Positions 13,080 through 25,165 are shown, numbered from the stretch's first letter. The stretch is DNA of 64,000 nt from Octopus bimaculoides (GCF_001194135.2 NC_068988.1:85513052-85577051), one strand, 5' to 3'. Numbers and translations are program-made. The notes: generated by a model not told the origin, from the sequence alone.

Positions 13080-14460
13080 TATTATCCTTTTTGTTTTATC
13101 GATACTAGAGGGATGAAAGGCAAAGTTGACCTCGGCAAGATTTGAACTGAGAAAGTAAAGATTAGGGAGAAACATCATATGATATTCACAAACATTTTTC
13201 TTTTTTCAGTATATTATATATTCGATTTTTATTCCATTGTTAAGGTTGCTTAAAACATAACACTCGTACACATTCTGTGACATGCAGAATTTACGATGCA
13301 ACATGCTTTTTCTAAAGGAATAGCTGGATCATATCGACCGTAGTATTTCGCTGGTACTCGTTTTATCGACCCCAGAAGAATGAAATGCAAAGTTAGTCTT
13401 GATGGAATTTGAACGCAGAAGTAAAGAAACAATTAAATACAACAAGGCATATTGTCAGGAATTATACCGATTCTGAATGCCATCGCTTCTTTGGTGAAAA
13501 TCATTTCTTTATCATTAATAATGGTAAACCTCTAACAAAGACGTAGACCAGAAATTCTATGGAAGGGGCAAGTCGATTATATTGATCCAAGTTCTTGACT
13601 GGGTATATATTTTGTCGACACAGGAGAAATGAAAAGTAAAGATAACTTCAACGGAATATGAATTCGAAACGAAAAGAATAAAGCATTTTGTTCGACGATC
13701 AAACGATTCTGTTAATCCATCACAAATCATTTCAAAGACTCATGGCTAAGCATTTTGCGAGACCATACCGAGGATTATATCAACCCTATTACTTAAATGG
13801 TACTTTTTTCATCGGCCCTAGATGGGATGGACGAAAGGGGAAGTCGATCTTCTAGTTCAAATTTCGCGGAGGTCGAGTTGGGGGTTTCACCCTCTCGAGG
13901 TCGATGAAATAAGTAACAGTTAAAAACTGGGGTCAATGTAATCCACTGGCTCCCTTCCCCACCCCACCTCACCCCAAGAATCAGGCCTTGTACCTATAAT
14001 AGAAAACGTATTCAAGAAAGTGAGCGAGCAGAATCGATGGTGCATCGGATAAAATTCTTAGCGGCGTATTTTTTTGCTCTTCACCTACTGGGTTCAAATC
14101 CAACCTTGTTCAATTAGCCTTTCGTCCTTACAAGGGTCAATAAAATAAGCACTAGTTGAGCAGTGGAGTTCATGTAATCTACTTCCCTCTCTTCTCTCCC
14201 CTCAAAACTGTGGTCCTTATGCCAAAATTAGAATGAGTTATTAAAGTAATGAGCTGGTAGAATCGTTAGCGCGTCGAACAAAATGATTAGCGGTATTTTT
14301 TCCGGCTCGTTACGTCCTCAGTTCAAATCATGCCGAAGTCAACTTTGCCTTTCATCCTTTCCCGGTCAATAAAATAAAATAAGCTACCAGTCAAGTACTG
14401 GGGTAACCGACTATTCCCTTCCCCTAAACAATTGCTGGCCTTGTGCCAATATTTGAAAGA
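13080..14460. mobile_element. SINE family A cluster: about 4 minus copies (13080-13860) followed by about 3 plus copies (13860-14460)
   Basis: Motif orientation flips near 13860. Plus copies show GAGCTGGTAGAATCGTTAGC...GTTCAAATC...CTTTGCCTTTCATCC...CCTTGTGCCAATATTTGAAAG. Confidence 0.75.
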
Positions 14461-14718
14461 ATTACTTTCAACATCATCAATAATAATAATAGTGTTTATG
14501 CATAATTTATTTCTTTTATTTTTATTATCATAGTTTTACTTTATTTTTGCTGGCAAAGAATCAATTTCTATAATCGAAAGGTTTCAGAACTATTTTTAAT
14601 TTTCATCATATCGAAGAAAATCATCGCTGCTCAAAGAGCAAGAATGTAAACAATGTCTAACATCTGCATTGTAATGTTCGAGTTCTGCAATGTCTAAAAA
14701 TAAGTTGAGAGAGGAGGA

Positions 14719-14779
<61 letters not shown>

Positions 14780-14959
14780 GCGGAGAAGGAAGACGAGGTA
14801 GACAGACTGGCAGAAAGATAGCAAACAGAAATTTATGTTTTTTCCTTCTGTGTGTATTTATCTGTAACTATATTTATAAATACCTATTCCTAGATACAAT
14901 GTTCGACGCCTTTGCATAATGTATATATATATATATGTACACTAACACACACAATATAA

Positions 14960-15001
<42 letters not shown>

Positions 15002-15094
15002 AAATATATATACATGTGTATTTGTAGATATATATATATACATGCATACATGTATATGTATATATGTATATATATGTGTGTGTGTGTGTATATA

Positions 15095-15152
<58 letters not shown>

Positions 15153-16099
15153 AGTATCTATGTATATATGCATATATATATACATATATATATATATACA
15201 TGTATATATATGCATGTGTGTATATATATATATGTATGTATGTATGTGTGTGTGTGTGCGTGTATATGTATACACACACACACATATATAAACAGTATTA
15301 CGATTGACCTGTGGTTCTCAATCGCTTCACCAATGAGCTAGCCAAATGAGTGTGCCCGTTTAGTTGCCAACAACCCGATCGTGCAACATGTATTAAGTTA
15401 CATGTTAATAGTAGCATTCAAAAGAGATCATCAAGCTTAGATATTCCAGCTGGTTGTCCTTTACATTATGACACCACAGAGAGTGAAGTATTCCTTAGGC
15501 TTTTTGTTTTTCTTTTAAAGCCTTTGAATCCTCGTAAACGCTTTAGGGGTCTTGATTTTTATTTGATTATAACGCAGGAAGATGCAAAATTAGACGACCA
15601 CATTTGAAAATACCGATATTTCAGACAATTAACGTTCCAAAAATTTAAAACATTCGGATCAGCCCCTTTTCTGTCATTCAGGACTGTAGTGGAATGAAAT
15701 AGCATCCCACCTCACTAAAGCATAGTCGTGAGAACAATGGGTTAAAGCATGTCTCTGGTGGAAGGTTGTTCTATTAAATTTAAATATTTTTTGCAGAGAA
15801 TAATATTGTTCATTTTGGTCGTCTCTGAGGGCGACGTAGCCTAAAGTTAGTATGTTAATTCTTGAGTTAATATATGACTAGTGATTGTGTACGGTAGCAT
15901 ACACAATACAACACAGGTCATGTTGCCATACAATTTTTCTTGATATATCAGTGATTAAGTATCTTTTAACCTAGTATTTTTATATCGTGGCTCCAAGATT
16001 GAGCAATAATCCGAAGAAACTTATAAGCATATCTGTGAAACAAAAACAGGAACTTACAAAGAAGTTAGAAGCCGAGGCTTTAGTGACAGAAGTTAAAAA

Positions 16100-16760
16100 C
16101 AGCGTCAGACTTACGCGAGGTTAGAGACAAGCTCATTGCCTACATCAACGTTTCTGCAGTAACAATGTCCTTGGTAAAGAAATTCAAAGTACTGCTTCAA
16201 AATATAAGGTTGATACGAATTCTAAATCAGTTGCTGATGCAGGGAATCCTATGAGAGTTTTGGAATCTTGAGGAAGCAGTGACGAAGTGATTTATCCATC
16301 AATGTTTCTGTCGTAATAACATTCGTAGTATGAAAATTCTAAGTGTTGCTGCCAAGTTATCTAGGTACACGGGTGTCAAGAATTTTGAAGCTAGTGACAG
16401 GGGAGTCTGGCAATATAGATATCACCACAGAATAAGCCATGGTGAAGCAGGCAGTGCATTAATCAAGGATGTGGAATCATTCAGAAAGAGGTTTCAGCTC
16501 TTAATTGTGATGGGCTTCTAATTTCCTAAGAGTACAATGAGGTTTAAATTGAGTTGCATTGGCGGCGACAAACTTAGAATACCCAAGCTTTTAATACGGT
16601 TGTAAATTAAAGGACGTTAACCGGTATTGTGTTGCTAGAATCCAGATGACATACATATTTTAAAGCTAATGGTAATGAAGAGGTCGGCAAGTTCGTGAAT
16701 TTTGAAAGACATAAAACACCATTTACTGGTGTATTATGACCCTTACAGACTGACATTAAT
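16100..16760 (+). pseudogene. pogo/Tigger-like transposase relic (second family)
   Basis: NFEASDRGVWQYRYHHRISHGEAGSALIKDVESFRKRFQLLI (cf. F.AS.GWL..F..RH.I...GE..SA), then VLCC*NPDDIHILKLMV and HLLVYY. Confidence 0.7.
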
Positions 16761-17029
16761 AACAGAATAACGTCTGAACTCAGAGTCATTGACAGAACAG
16801 AACCATTGAAACCAAAACCTCCGAGATTTATTCATACAAATATTAAATTGATTTTTACAATAACCCTTCAGTAGAACTCGTGAGTCCAATAACTTTAAAC
16901 ATGACTAAAATTATTAAACGATAAGATCATACAAAAAAAGAAGAGATACGAGTCTCTTAACTATTTCGATTGGTATCCTTAATTCATTATCAACTGACCT
17001 AATTACTTAATGACAAGGTAACACTATTT

Positions 17030-17400
17030 TAAAGATTGATATTGAAAGCTATTATGCATTACTCAACCTTTGTTATCAAAAGTCATTAATTAGTAAATAT
17101 GCGTTTCCTGATATTAAGGATGTGGAGGTGGGTTATGACCTGTCAGATGAAAAAGTTAACTTTAACGAGAACTCAGTTTGGATAAAGAATTCATCAAGGG
17201 ATCCGTTTGATCGTTCGACGTCAGCAATAATGCTGATGAGCTTACAGCTTATATAGACCTGTATCTTCTTTCCGAGGTTAAATATTGCTCCTCAAACTTT
17301 GAAGGGGGATTAATAGATTACATCGAGATGATAGCTGCCTGAGTATGGATTACAAATTCTTCTACTGATGCCGACTACTAAATATCTAATTGGATGGTTA
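17030..17400 (+). mobile_element. Penelope-like element RT core fragment
   Basis: KIDIESLLCITQPLLSKVI, NFNENSVWIKNSSRDPFD, ADELTAYIDLYLLSE and HRDDS match PLE RT motifs FDI..FYPSI, F....W.K....FDV.MG, GAE..ELVGLY.L and YRDD. Confidence 0.65.
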
Positions 17401-18019
17401 GATTCCCTATGAATATATATTATTTCCTCTTTAAACTTTCTATAGGGATACTATATAACTGTCATGAGTTCTAGATTAATTGCTATGGAACTGATTCTAG
17501 TTAGATTGTGGTGATATCATTTAGACCAAACTCCTAAAAGTTTCTTAAGATTTTTGAAAACATACTGAAGGTGTGGCTATTCATATTGCTCGAAATTACC
17601 AAGCTATAATCTCTATACAAGGTTGAATTATGGGGGAGTGTAAGTTTCACAGGATAAATAATACAACGGGGTCTGTTATCTCAGCCCATTGCAACTCTCC
17701 ACAAAGACTTTCCTTTCTGACTCAGTAGGAGCTATAATTATACAAAAATAACTTCATAGAATCCATAAGGAATCTAAAGTCAATGTTGCTAGTTTTAACA
17801 TACTGCTTTCAGAAGTCCAGAGCTTTAGAAGGAGGGATATTGAACTGGATAAATACATAGACAGCTTTCGTTCTTAATATCACGTGACCAGAGGATAACG
17901 ACATCATTATCATTAGACAGTACCATTAGACTAATCCAGTGGCCTTTTTCATATCAGAATTCATGGTGTCGTGGATACACTTGATTACTACACCTGTCTG
18001 ACAATAAAAAGGGTGGGTT

Positions 18020-18535
18020 GATTATCCTGCATTTAAAGTTAGAAAAAAAAAAAAGATTTATGGTCCTTCAGGGTCACTTAAAGGGTTGCATGGTGAAGCG
18101 ATCCGTGCAGTCATCTGTCTTTAACAAAGTGGTTAATTTCTTCGCTTCCGTATTCACTTCGTTGCGCATTGCGATGTTAGTTTACAGGTATTTATCGGTG
18201 ATGCTGTTAGATAAGAGTCTGGTGTGTGTAGGGGTGTTTGTTTTGTGTTTTGTTTTTAGATTTATCAGCGAGAATATGTACTTTAGGTGATTGCTTAAAG
18301 GTATCATATAGTTGTTCAAAATGCATAGAAAAGAGTTGAAGCAGTGCCAAAATATTTTTAATCATGCTGATCAAGCCTGCTTCAATGTTTTCAAGTTCCT
18401 TTTTCTTGGAGGAGCGTTTAGATTTTTCGAAGAAGAAAGCTTCCAAGTGCAACCGTCTAATCACACTTTCCATCTTCTTAATAAGGTATGTCATGCAAAG
18501 GTTCTTCGATGGTATTTGAATATAGAAACGGTTGC
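18020..18535 (-). mobile_element. Penelope-like element, N-terminal/pre-RT fragment
   Basis: KMESVIRRLHLEAFFFEK, ELENIEAGLISMIKNI, KQSPKVHILADKS and TLKDHK..CRIINP (the PLE hallmark TLKDHK....CRLINP). Confidence 0.75.
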
Positions 18536-18559
18536 GAGTATAGAAGTGTTTTTTTTTTA

Positions 18560-20205
18560 GCCAAGAAAATGGAAGGAACGAAGCAAGTTGCTGCTAAAAG
18601 GAAGGAACCAGTCCAAAGCTGACTTCTCCAGAAGAATTGAGAAATAATGTGGCAAAAAGGACGGTGGTATACAGGACGTTCTCCACATCCTCAAACAAGA
18701 TAGAGGCTGCCCCGATAGAGGCAATAGAGAAGTGTCTTGAAAATGTTAAAAGTCGACCACTTTTTATACACGTGGAAGGAAGTACGGCACAGTGGAGGTA
18801 AGGTTTGGCAACGAAGATGCCATAATCCACACCACTGTGCCGATAAGGACACTGGAATGGATACTTCTGCCGACGTACTTCGAGTAGTAATAGAAAGAAG
18901 AACACCAACATGCTTCCTATGCGGTAAAAAGGGGCACATGAAAGTAAGGTGCTCTGAGAAAGAAAATGAAGAGGAGGAGGAGAAGAAAAGTGAAGAAAAG
19001 AGTACCGAAGAGGTAGTACCAGTAACAGAGAAGTATATCGTGGAGGAATCCTTCACACTCGTGAAAACCCTCAAGATAACGAGAACCAAAACAGTCAATT
19101 GTTGGGGGTATGGCCTCGAAATGTCCATGCAGGTGAGTTTAAAAGATCTGTATAGCATCACAGAGGAAATCATACTCCCGGAAGACACCAGACTTCGAGT
19201 AGTAGTAGGAGGAAGACCACCAACATGCTTCCTATGCGGTAAAAAGGAGCATATGAAAGTGGGGTGCTCTGAGGGGGAAAATGAAGAGGAGGAGAAGAAT
19301 GGTGAAGAACAGAGTGCAGAAGTGGTGATACCAGTGACAGAGAAAGATAGAGTGGAGGAATCCTTTACAGTCGTGAACAGGAAGAAGAGAAAAGAACGGG
19401 TGAGCTCTTTTCAACAGAGCCAAAAATGGTTGAAAGAAATTGAGATGGAAAAGAGAAACAGGTGCGAGACACCAACAGAATTAATAATGGAAAAAGACGC
19501 AGAGGCAGAAACATCATTACAACAGGATGTGGAAGGCGGCAGCGCATATGATTTTGTTTATGACATTTCTATGCGCCCGGACAACCTAGGTCCGGAGCCG
19601 AAGCAAGCGGAGGTGGAAAGGAAAAAATACAAGTGGCATATGGCCACGTATACCAAAGGTACATCAATGGACAGAAGGATTATAAAGTGTAAATCAATAA
19701 TAAGAGTAAGGCTGCCACTAGAAAAATACTCGGAAGAGTCTAAAGGAATAATCATAGATGGAGAGAGATTTGAGAAATTAAGAGAACTGTTTGGAAGCAG
19801 CAGGGACCCGTCGGGAGTTGAAGTCGAGTTCGTCGAACTACCACCACTCGTGGATTTCGAAGATTTAAAGTCACTAATGAATGCTTAAAAAAGCAAGTTA
19901 AATTTGTTAAAAATAAGGAGGAAAAGTAGACTGTTAAAAAATTTTGAGAGAAAAAAAAGAACGATACAAAAAGAAAAAAAGAAAGAGTGTAAGAACGATT
20001 TATTTAATTGTATAATTTAACTGTTAAATGGTACTGCTTGAGAATGAGGCTCAATGTAACCATTCCACCATCATTAATTTATCATTTTTATATAGATCTT
20101 CATTTTTTTCATTCGTCTTATGTTTTTTGGCCTCACTGTGGTGTTCTGTCTGTCCTTGTGTTGCCCCCTCTATATTAAGGCCTGGGTGCCAAATAAAGAA
20201 AAGGA
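18560..20205 (+). mobile_element. L1/Tx1-type ORF1-containing element with no ORF2 (half-LINE-like)
   Basis: ATG at about 18569, a frameshifted RRM-like block (RGRKYGTVEVRF..EWILLPTY), two CX2CX4HX4C knuckles and stop at 19888, followed by about 300 bp of A/T-rich UTR ending in the Tx1-type tail TGTCTGTCCTTGTGTTGCCCCCTCT..CCTGGGTGCCAAATAAAGAAA. Confidence 0.65.
18737..19888 (+). CDS. LINE ORF1-like (gag-like) nucleic-acid-binding protein with two CCHC zinc knuckles; probably non-functional at its N-terminus
   Basis: 383-codon ORF containing PTCFLCGKKGHMKVRC and PTCFLCGKKEHMKVGC with acidic linkers. The first ~47 codons are out of frame with the ORF1-like N-terminus, which lies in two other frames. 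Confidence 0.55.
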   Translation: MKMLKVDHFLYTWKEVRHSGGKVWQRRCHNPHHCADKDTGMDTSADVLRVVIERRTPTCFLCGKKGHMKVRCSEKENEEEEEKKSEEKSTEEVVPVTEKYIVEESFTLVKTLKITRTKTVNCWGYGLEMSMQVSLKDLYSITEEIILPEDTRLRVVVGGRPPTCFLCGKKEHMKVGCSEGENEEEEKNGEEQSAEVVIPVTEKDRVEESFTVVNRKKRKERVSSFQQSQKWLKEIEMEKRNRCETPTELIMEKDAEAETSLQQDVEGGSAYDFVYDISMRPDNLGPEPKQAEVERKKYKWHMATYTKGTSMDRRIIKCKSIIRVRLPLEKYSEESKGIIIDGERFEKLRELFGSSRDPSGVEVEFVELPPLVDFEDLKSLMNA

Positions 20206-20504
20206 GTCGTGTGTCAGTCGTTGTACGAGTTCTCAGTAGGAGTTAAGTGTTAGTTACGTGTTATAGTCGAGTTCGAGTCACAGTCAAGGTAGACGGTTCG
20301 AATTCGGTGTCAGTGATAGCACAATAGACGAAGCAGTGTATTACCATTCCGATATAGAAGAAATACACTGTATCCGACAAGAAAATATCGTGGCTACTAG
20401 AGAAGATAAAACTGCTAGTCACAACAGTGGCCACACATTATAACTGTGGGAAAACACCACATCATAACACATACATACATGAGCACTCGTATATAATACG
20501 TACA

Positions 20505-20720
20505 AGGTGGAGAACTGGCGGAATCATTAGCACACCGGACAAAATGCTTATCGGCATTTCATCCGGCTTTATGTTCTGAGTTCAAATTCTGTCAAGATCG
20601 ACTTTGCCTTTCATCTTTTCGGAGTCGATGAAATAAGTACCAGTTGAGCATTGGGGTTGATGTAATCGACTAGTCCCCCTCCCACCAAATTTCAGGCCTA
20701 GTACCCATAGTAGATAGGAT
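20505..20720 (+). mobile_element. SINE family A
   Basis: GAACTGGCGGAATCATTAGCACACCGGAC...GAGTTCAAATTC...AAATTTCAGGCCTAGTACCCATAGTAGATAGG. Confidence 0.85.
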
Positions 20721-21158
20721 ATGCAGCATATTCATACGCCAGTACATACATATACTATCATGTGCGTGTGTGTGTATGTATGGGTGTGTGCATGTGTGCG
20801 TACAGGTTGAGGAGGTTTTCCAGCTGTTGTGACTTTTTGTATTAGAAATTGATAAGACAGTTGTACATCTGTTTGTTAATAGTTCTCCTCCTTCTGGCTT
20901 TCTCCCTTTTCCTTTTTACGTAAGTAATTTAGATGCCTCTTCTGTATTTTGTATTTTAAAGTTTTAAGAACATAATGTGGGTGACAGGGAGACTAGGTAG
21001 ATAGATAGATATATAAATAGACAAACGGAACAAGGGAGAAAGAGAAGGGGTGAGAGAGAAAGGAAGAGCGGGAGAAAAACGGGAAATAGATGATATATAT
21101 GTATCTGAACATGAGATAAGAGAGAAAAAGAAATAGAGAGAGGGGGGTATGAGAGAAG

Positions 21159-21219
<61 letters not shown>

Positions 21220-21764
21220 NNNNNNNNNNNNNNNNNNNNNNNNNNNNNNNNNNNNNNNNNNNNNNNNNNNNNNNNNNNNNNNNNNNNNNNNNNNNNNNNN
21301 NNNNNNNNNNNNNNNNNNNNNNNNNNNNNNNNNNNNNNNNNNNNNNNNNNNNNNNNNNNNNNNNNNNNNNNNNNNNNNNNNNNNNNNNNNNNNNNNNNNN
21401 NNNNNNNNNNNNNNNNNNNNNNNNNNNNNNNNNNNNNNNNNNNNNNNNNNNNNNNNNNNNNNNNNNNNNNNNNNNNNNNNNNNNNNNNNNNNNNNNNNNN
21501 NNNNNNNNNNNNNNNNNNNNNNNNNNNNNNNNNNNNNNNNNNNNNNNNNNNNNNNNNNNNNNNNNNNNNNNNNNNNNNNNNNNNNNNNNNNNNNNNNNNN
21601 NNNNNNNNNNNNNNNNNNNNNNNNNNNNNNNNNNNNNNNNNNNNNNNNNNNNNNNNNNNNNNNNNNNNNNNNNNNNNNNNNNNNNNNNNNNNNNNNNNNN
21701 NNNNNNNNNNNNNNNNNNNNNNNNNNNNNNNNNNNNNNNNNNNNNNNNNNNNNNNNNNNNNNNN

Positions 21765-21850
<86 letters not shown>

Positions 21851-21897
21851 CACACACACACTGTGTATATATGTGTATGTGTGTGTATCCATAAACA

Positions 21898-21930
<33 letters not shown>

Positions 21931-22175
21931 AGACACACAGAGAAAACATTGGCTAGGATTAGTCCAATTTGCTATTTGACACTCTGTTGCGTGAGAAGTA
22001 GGATTTTTTTCGTTAGTTACATGACGTGTAGATGTGGTTACAAGCTCAGTAGCTAACTGATCCAATAGAAGCTTGCATACTTGTTAGATATATCGATCTT
22101 ACTTTCCGCTAGCACTAGGCCAAATTATTCTCTGAGTCTGTGTGCGTGTGTGTGTGTGTGTGCGTGTGTGCGTGT

Positions 22176-22214
<39 letters not shown>

Positions 22215-23009
22215 TGTGTGTGTGTGTCTATTACCTCGCGAAAGAAAGCATACTCGATTTCACTGATCATAACCCCACTTGGTGCTCTGATTGCTATAAC
22301 TTGAACGTAATATTACAGCATAGATGCCTGATGGCTAAAATGATCTAAACCACAAAGTGATACGACTATTGTAAAATGAAAAAAGTCCAAGGGACGTAAC
22401 AGTATTCTCGATGTTGAAACTTAGTATTAACACTTTTATGTTTTCCCCGTTTCCGAAGAATGACAAATATCTGAAACGTTAAACTTTTCTTCTTCATCAT
22501 GTCATTAAACATAATTCCAATGAATAACAGAAGTATTATTAGTTACATCATGAAACAGGAAGTAGACAAAGGTGGGATTCAATCGTTACAAGTAGAGAGA
22601 TTTATAATAACTAAAATAAAGCTATGCGTTTAGCCCTATGCTCTTCAGTTTCTGCCAACTGAAACAGGCTGAATATTGATTCCTTATATTGATACAAGGT
22701 CGTCGATTTCAAAGGATGTCTGAAATTATTGATTGACCCCAGTACATGAATTGTAGGTGCTTTATCGGCCCTCGAAGTGTTTAAAATCGAACTATCGATA
22801 ACATTTCATCGAATTTCTACCTCTGTTCTACCACGCTAACATTGAACATGTACGCAGTCGATCAGCCTGCAAGGTTTAACAACCAGATTACATCAAATTA
22901 CATCCTATAGCAAAAAAAAAGGTAGACTGGATAAAGTAGGTCTAGCTATCGAACGATGGGATGGTCAAGGCAGGGCTGTCTTTCATCAACGGTCTATTCA
23001 ACCAACACT

Positions 23010-23142
23010 ATATAACCTGGGACCAAATGACAGCAGTAACAAATTGACCTCGACAAAATTTGAACTCAGAACGTAAAGACCGCCGAAATGCCGCCAAGTA
23101 TTTTGATCGACGCACTAACGATTCAGTCAACTCACCGCCTTT
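23010..23142 (-). mobile_element. SINE family A 5' half
   Basis: TTGACCTCGACAAAATTTGAACTCAGAACG...CTCACCGCCTT. Confidence 0.8.
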
Positions 23143-23154
23143 AAAAATAACAAC

Positions 23155-23188
<34 letters not shown>

Positions 23189-23236
23189 ACAACAAAAACA
23201 ACAACAATAATAATAATAATAATGATAATAATAATA

Positions 23237-23500
23237 ATGGAAAATGAAGAAGGTGAAGATATTGCCAATTATTGTTGGTTCTTTGGGGACAGTATCAGAA
23301 AGCGTCAAGAGCAATGTAGAGGAAATCGGAATAGAGTGTCCAGTAGAACTGTTACAAAAGGTTTTCCCTCCTTACCACGGACAGAATAATGAGGAAAGTA
23401 TAAGATAGTTAAAAAGAACAGATGGTATGGCACCATAAGCTGCAGGCAGTAAACCCACTACACCTACAATACCTCGGGAGTTACAACAAAACCTGAGACA
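23237..23500 (+). mobile_element. R4/Dong LINE 3' end (family 1, second copy)
   Basis: WKMKKVKILPIIVGSLGTVSESVKSNVEEIGIECPVELLQKV.. is near-collinear with 1272-1535. Preceded by (AAC)n(AAT)n. Confidence 0.85.
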
Positions 23501-23504
23501 AGAA

Positions 23505-23862
23505 TAAATGATAATGGAATAGGAAGCCAGACAGTATTAATTGAGAAAGAAAACAAACTATGCTGGGTCATAGATATAGCATGCCCAGCTGACAACAAGG
23601 TATGCGATAAGGAAAAAAGAAAAGTCGAGTGATATAACAGGTTAGCTTGGGAAGTTAAGCAGTTGTGGTCGATAAAAAAGATAGCAGCAGTACCAATAAT
23701 TGTCAGAGCCCTGAGAACTGTGAGCAAAATCTCAAGATGTACGTGGAACAAGTAGGGGCTGCACTAAGGGTAGGGCACATGCAGAAAACATCACTGCTTG
23801 GAACCGCTCGGATACTCCGGAAGGTGCTTGAAAAATAAGAAGTGTTACCTTAGTTCACTGGT
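23505..23862 (+). mobile_element. R4/Dong LINE 3' end (family 3) with REL endonuclease motif
   Basis: NRKPD..VLIEKENKLCWVIDIACPADNKVCDKEKRKVE*YNRLAWEVKQLW...HMQKTSLLGTARILRKVLEK*, i.e. the PD..D-x-A...K..Y catalytic motif. Confidence 0.85.
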
Positions 23863-23863
23863 A

Positions 23864-24715
23864 TGTGAACAAGGGTGAAGGATGAGGGGGACAATACAAA
23901 GACAGACATAAAGTGTGGGGCTTTACATATAATGAAATAATAAAAAAAGAGAAAGAAAGTAAGTATGTACGGTGTGCACTGAAAAAGAAGGGACACATGC
24001 ATAGCTTACAAAGGTTTAAAAAAAGGGTGCGGGGAGGATGATAGAGATGTGGCCCTCCTGATACAGGAACTCCCTTAGGGATAATCGACGAATCCCACTG
24101 TCCGAGATTTCCTTGACGCCTCAGGAGCAAGNNNNNNNNNNNNNNNNNNNNNNNNNNNNNNNNNNNNNNNNNNNNNNNNNNNNNNNNNNNNNNNNNNNNN
24201 NNNNNNNNNNNNNNNNNNNNNNNNNNNNNNNNNNNNNNNNNNNNNNNNNNNNNNNNNNNNNNNNNNNNNNNNNNNNNNNNNNNNNNNNNNNNNNNNNNNN
24301 NNNNNNNNNNNNNNNNNNNNNNNNNNNNNNNNNNNNNNNNNNNNNNNNNNNNNNNNNNNNNNNNNNNNNNNNNNNNNNNNNNNNNNNNNNNNNNNNNNNN
24401 NNNNNNNNNNNNNNNNNNNNNNNNNCAGACGGATCCGTCCCATATGTGACAGTAGCTGTTCGACATAACCCTACAAGTCAGCAATGCCCGGACACTGAAC
24501 GAGGGCGTGCAGAACGGTTTCGTCACTTTGCGCGCACCTCGGACAAACCCGTCTGGCAGCACGTCCGTGCCTGTAGAGTTTATCCCGAACCAGTAGCACA
24601 GCCAGGCCAAGGACATCTGGAAATTATCCATGATAGTTCCCGACCGGAAAATCCTCCGGAACAGACTAGCCAGTTCGTTCTCGTTGGCGCCCAGATCTCC
24701 CTGAGAACGTCGTCG
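23864..24715 (-). mobile_element. L1/Tx1-type LINE ORF2 C-terminus and 3' UTR (gap inside)
   Basis: Frameshifted FRRIFRSGT.MDNFQMSLAWLCY / VRDKLYRHGRAARRVCPRCAQSDETVLHALVQCPGIADL*GYVEQLL (zf-RVT-type CCHC). Tail TGTCTTTGTATTGTCCCCCTCATCCTTCACCCTTGT. Confidence 0.85.
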
Positions 24716-24734
24716 CACTTACCCTCCACAATAA

Positions 24735-25165
24735 TCCTTTATACTGTGGGCACATGACCTGACATTTTAAAGGGGAGTGGGTAGTCGATTACATCGACCT
24801 CATTGATCAACTGATACTTATTTTATCAACCCCGAGAGAAGAAAAGTCTAAGTCAACCTCGATGGGATTTGAACTCAACGTAAGAACGGATGAAAGGCAT
24901 TTTGTCCGGCGTGCTAACAAGTCTGCTAACAGACTCGTTGTCTTTAATAATAATAATGTTTTCAAATTTTAGCACAAGACCTGAAATGCTGGGGGAAAGG
25001 TCTAGCTGATTACAGTGATCCCAGTGCTTCACTGGTATTTATTTTATCGACCCCGAAAAGATGAAAGCCAAGTCGGCGGAATTTGAGCTCAGAATGTAAA
25101 GACTGACGAAATGTCACTAAGTATTTTGCTCGGTGTGCAGAGGATTCTGCCAGCTTGCGGCCTTA
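24735..25165 (-). mobile_element. SINE family A, two tandem copies
   Basis: Family A motif set at about 24735-24930 and 24955-25165, followed by (AAT)n to about 25245. Confidence 0.85.

Noticed and set aside
22440-22500. CCGAAGAATGACAAATATCTGAAACGTT as a hammerhead
   Set aside because: The core is not CUGAnGA and there is no stem II pairing; too degenerate to call.
24425-24718. 'YCHIWDGS' suggesting a CR1 RT
   Set aside because: A neighbouring frame gives a much better Tx1 zf-RVT match (CPRC...ETVLHALVQC).
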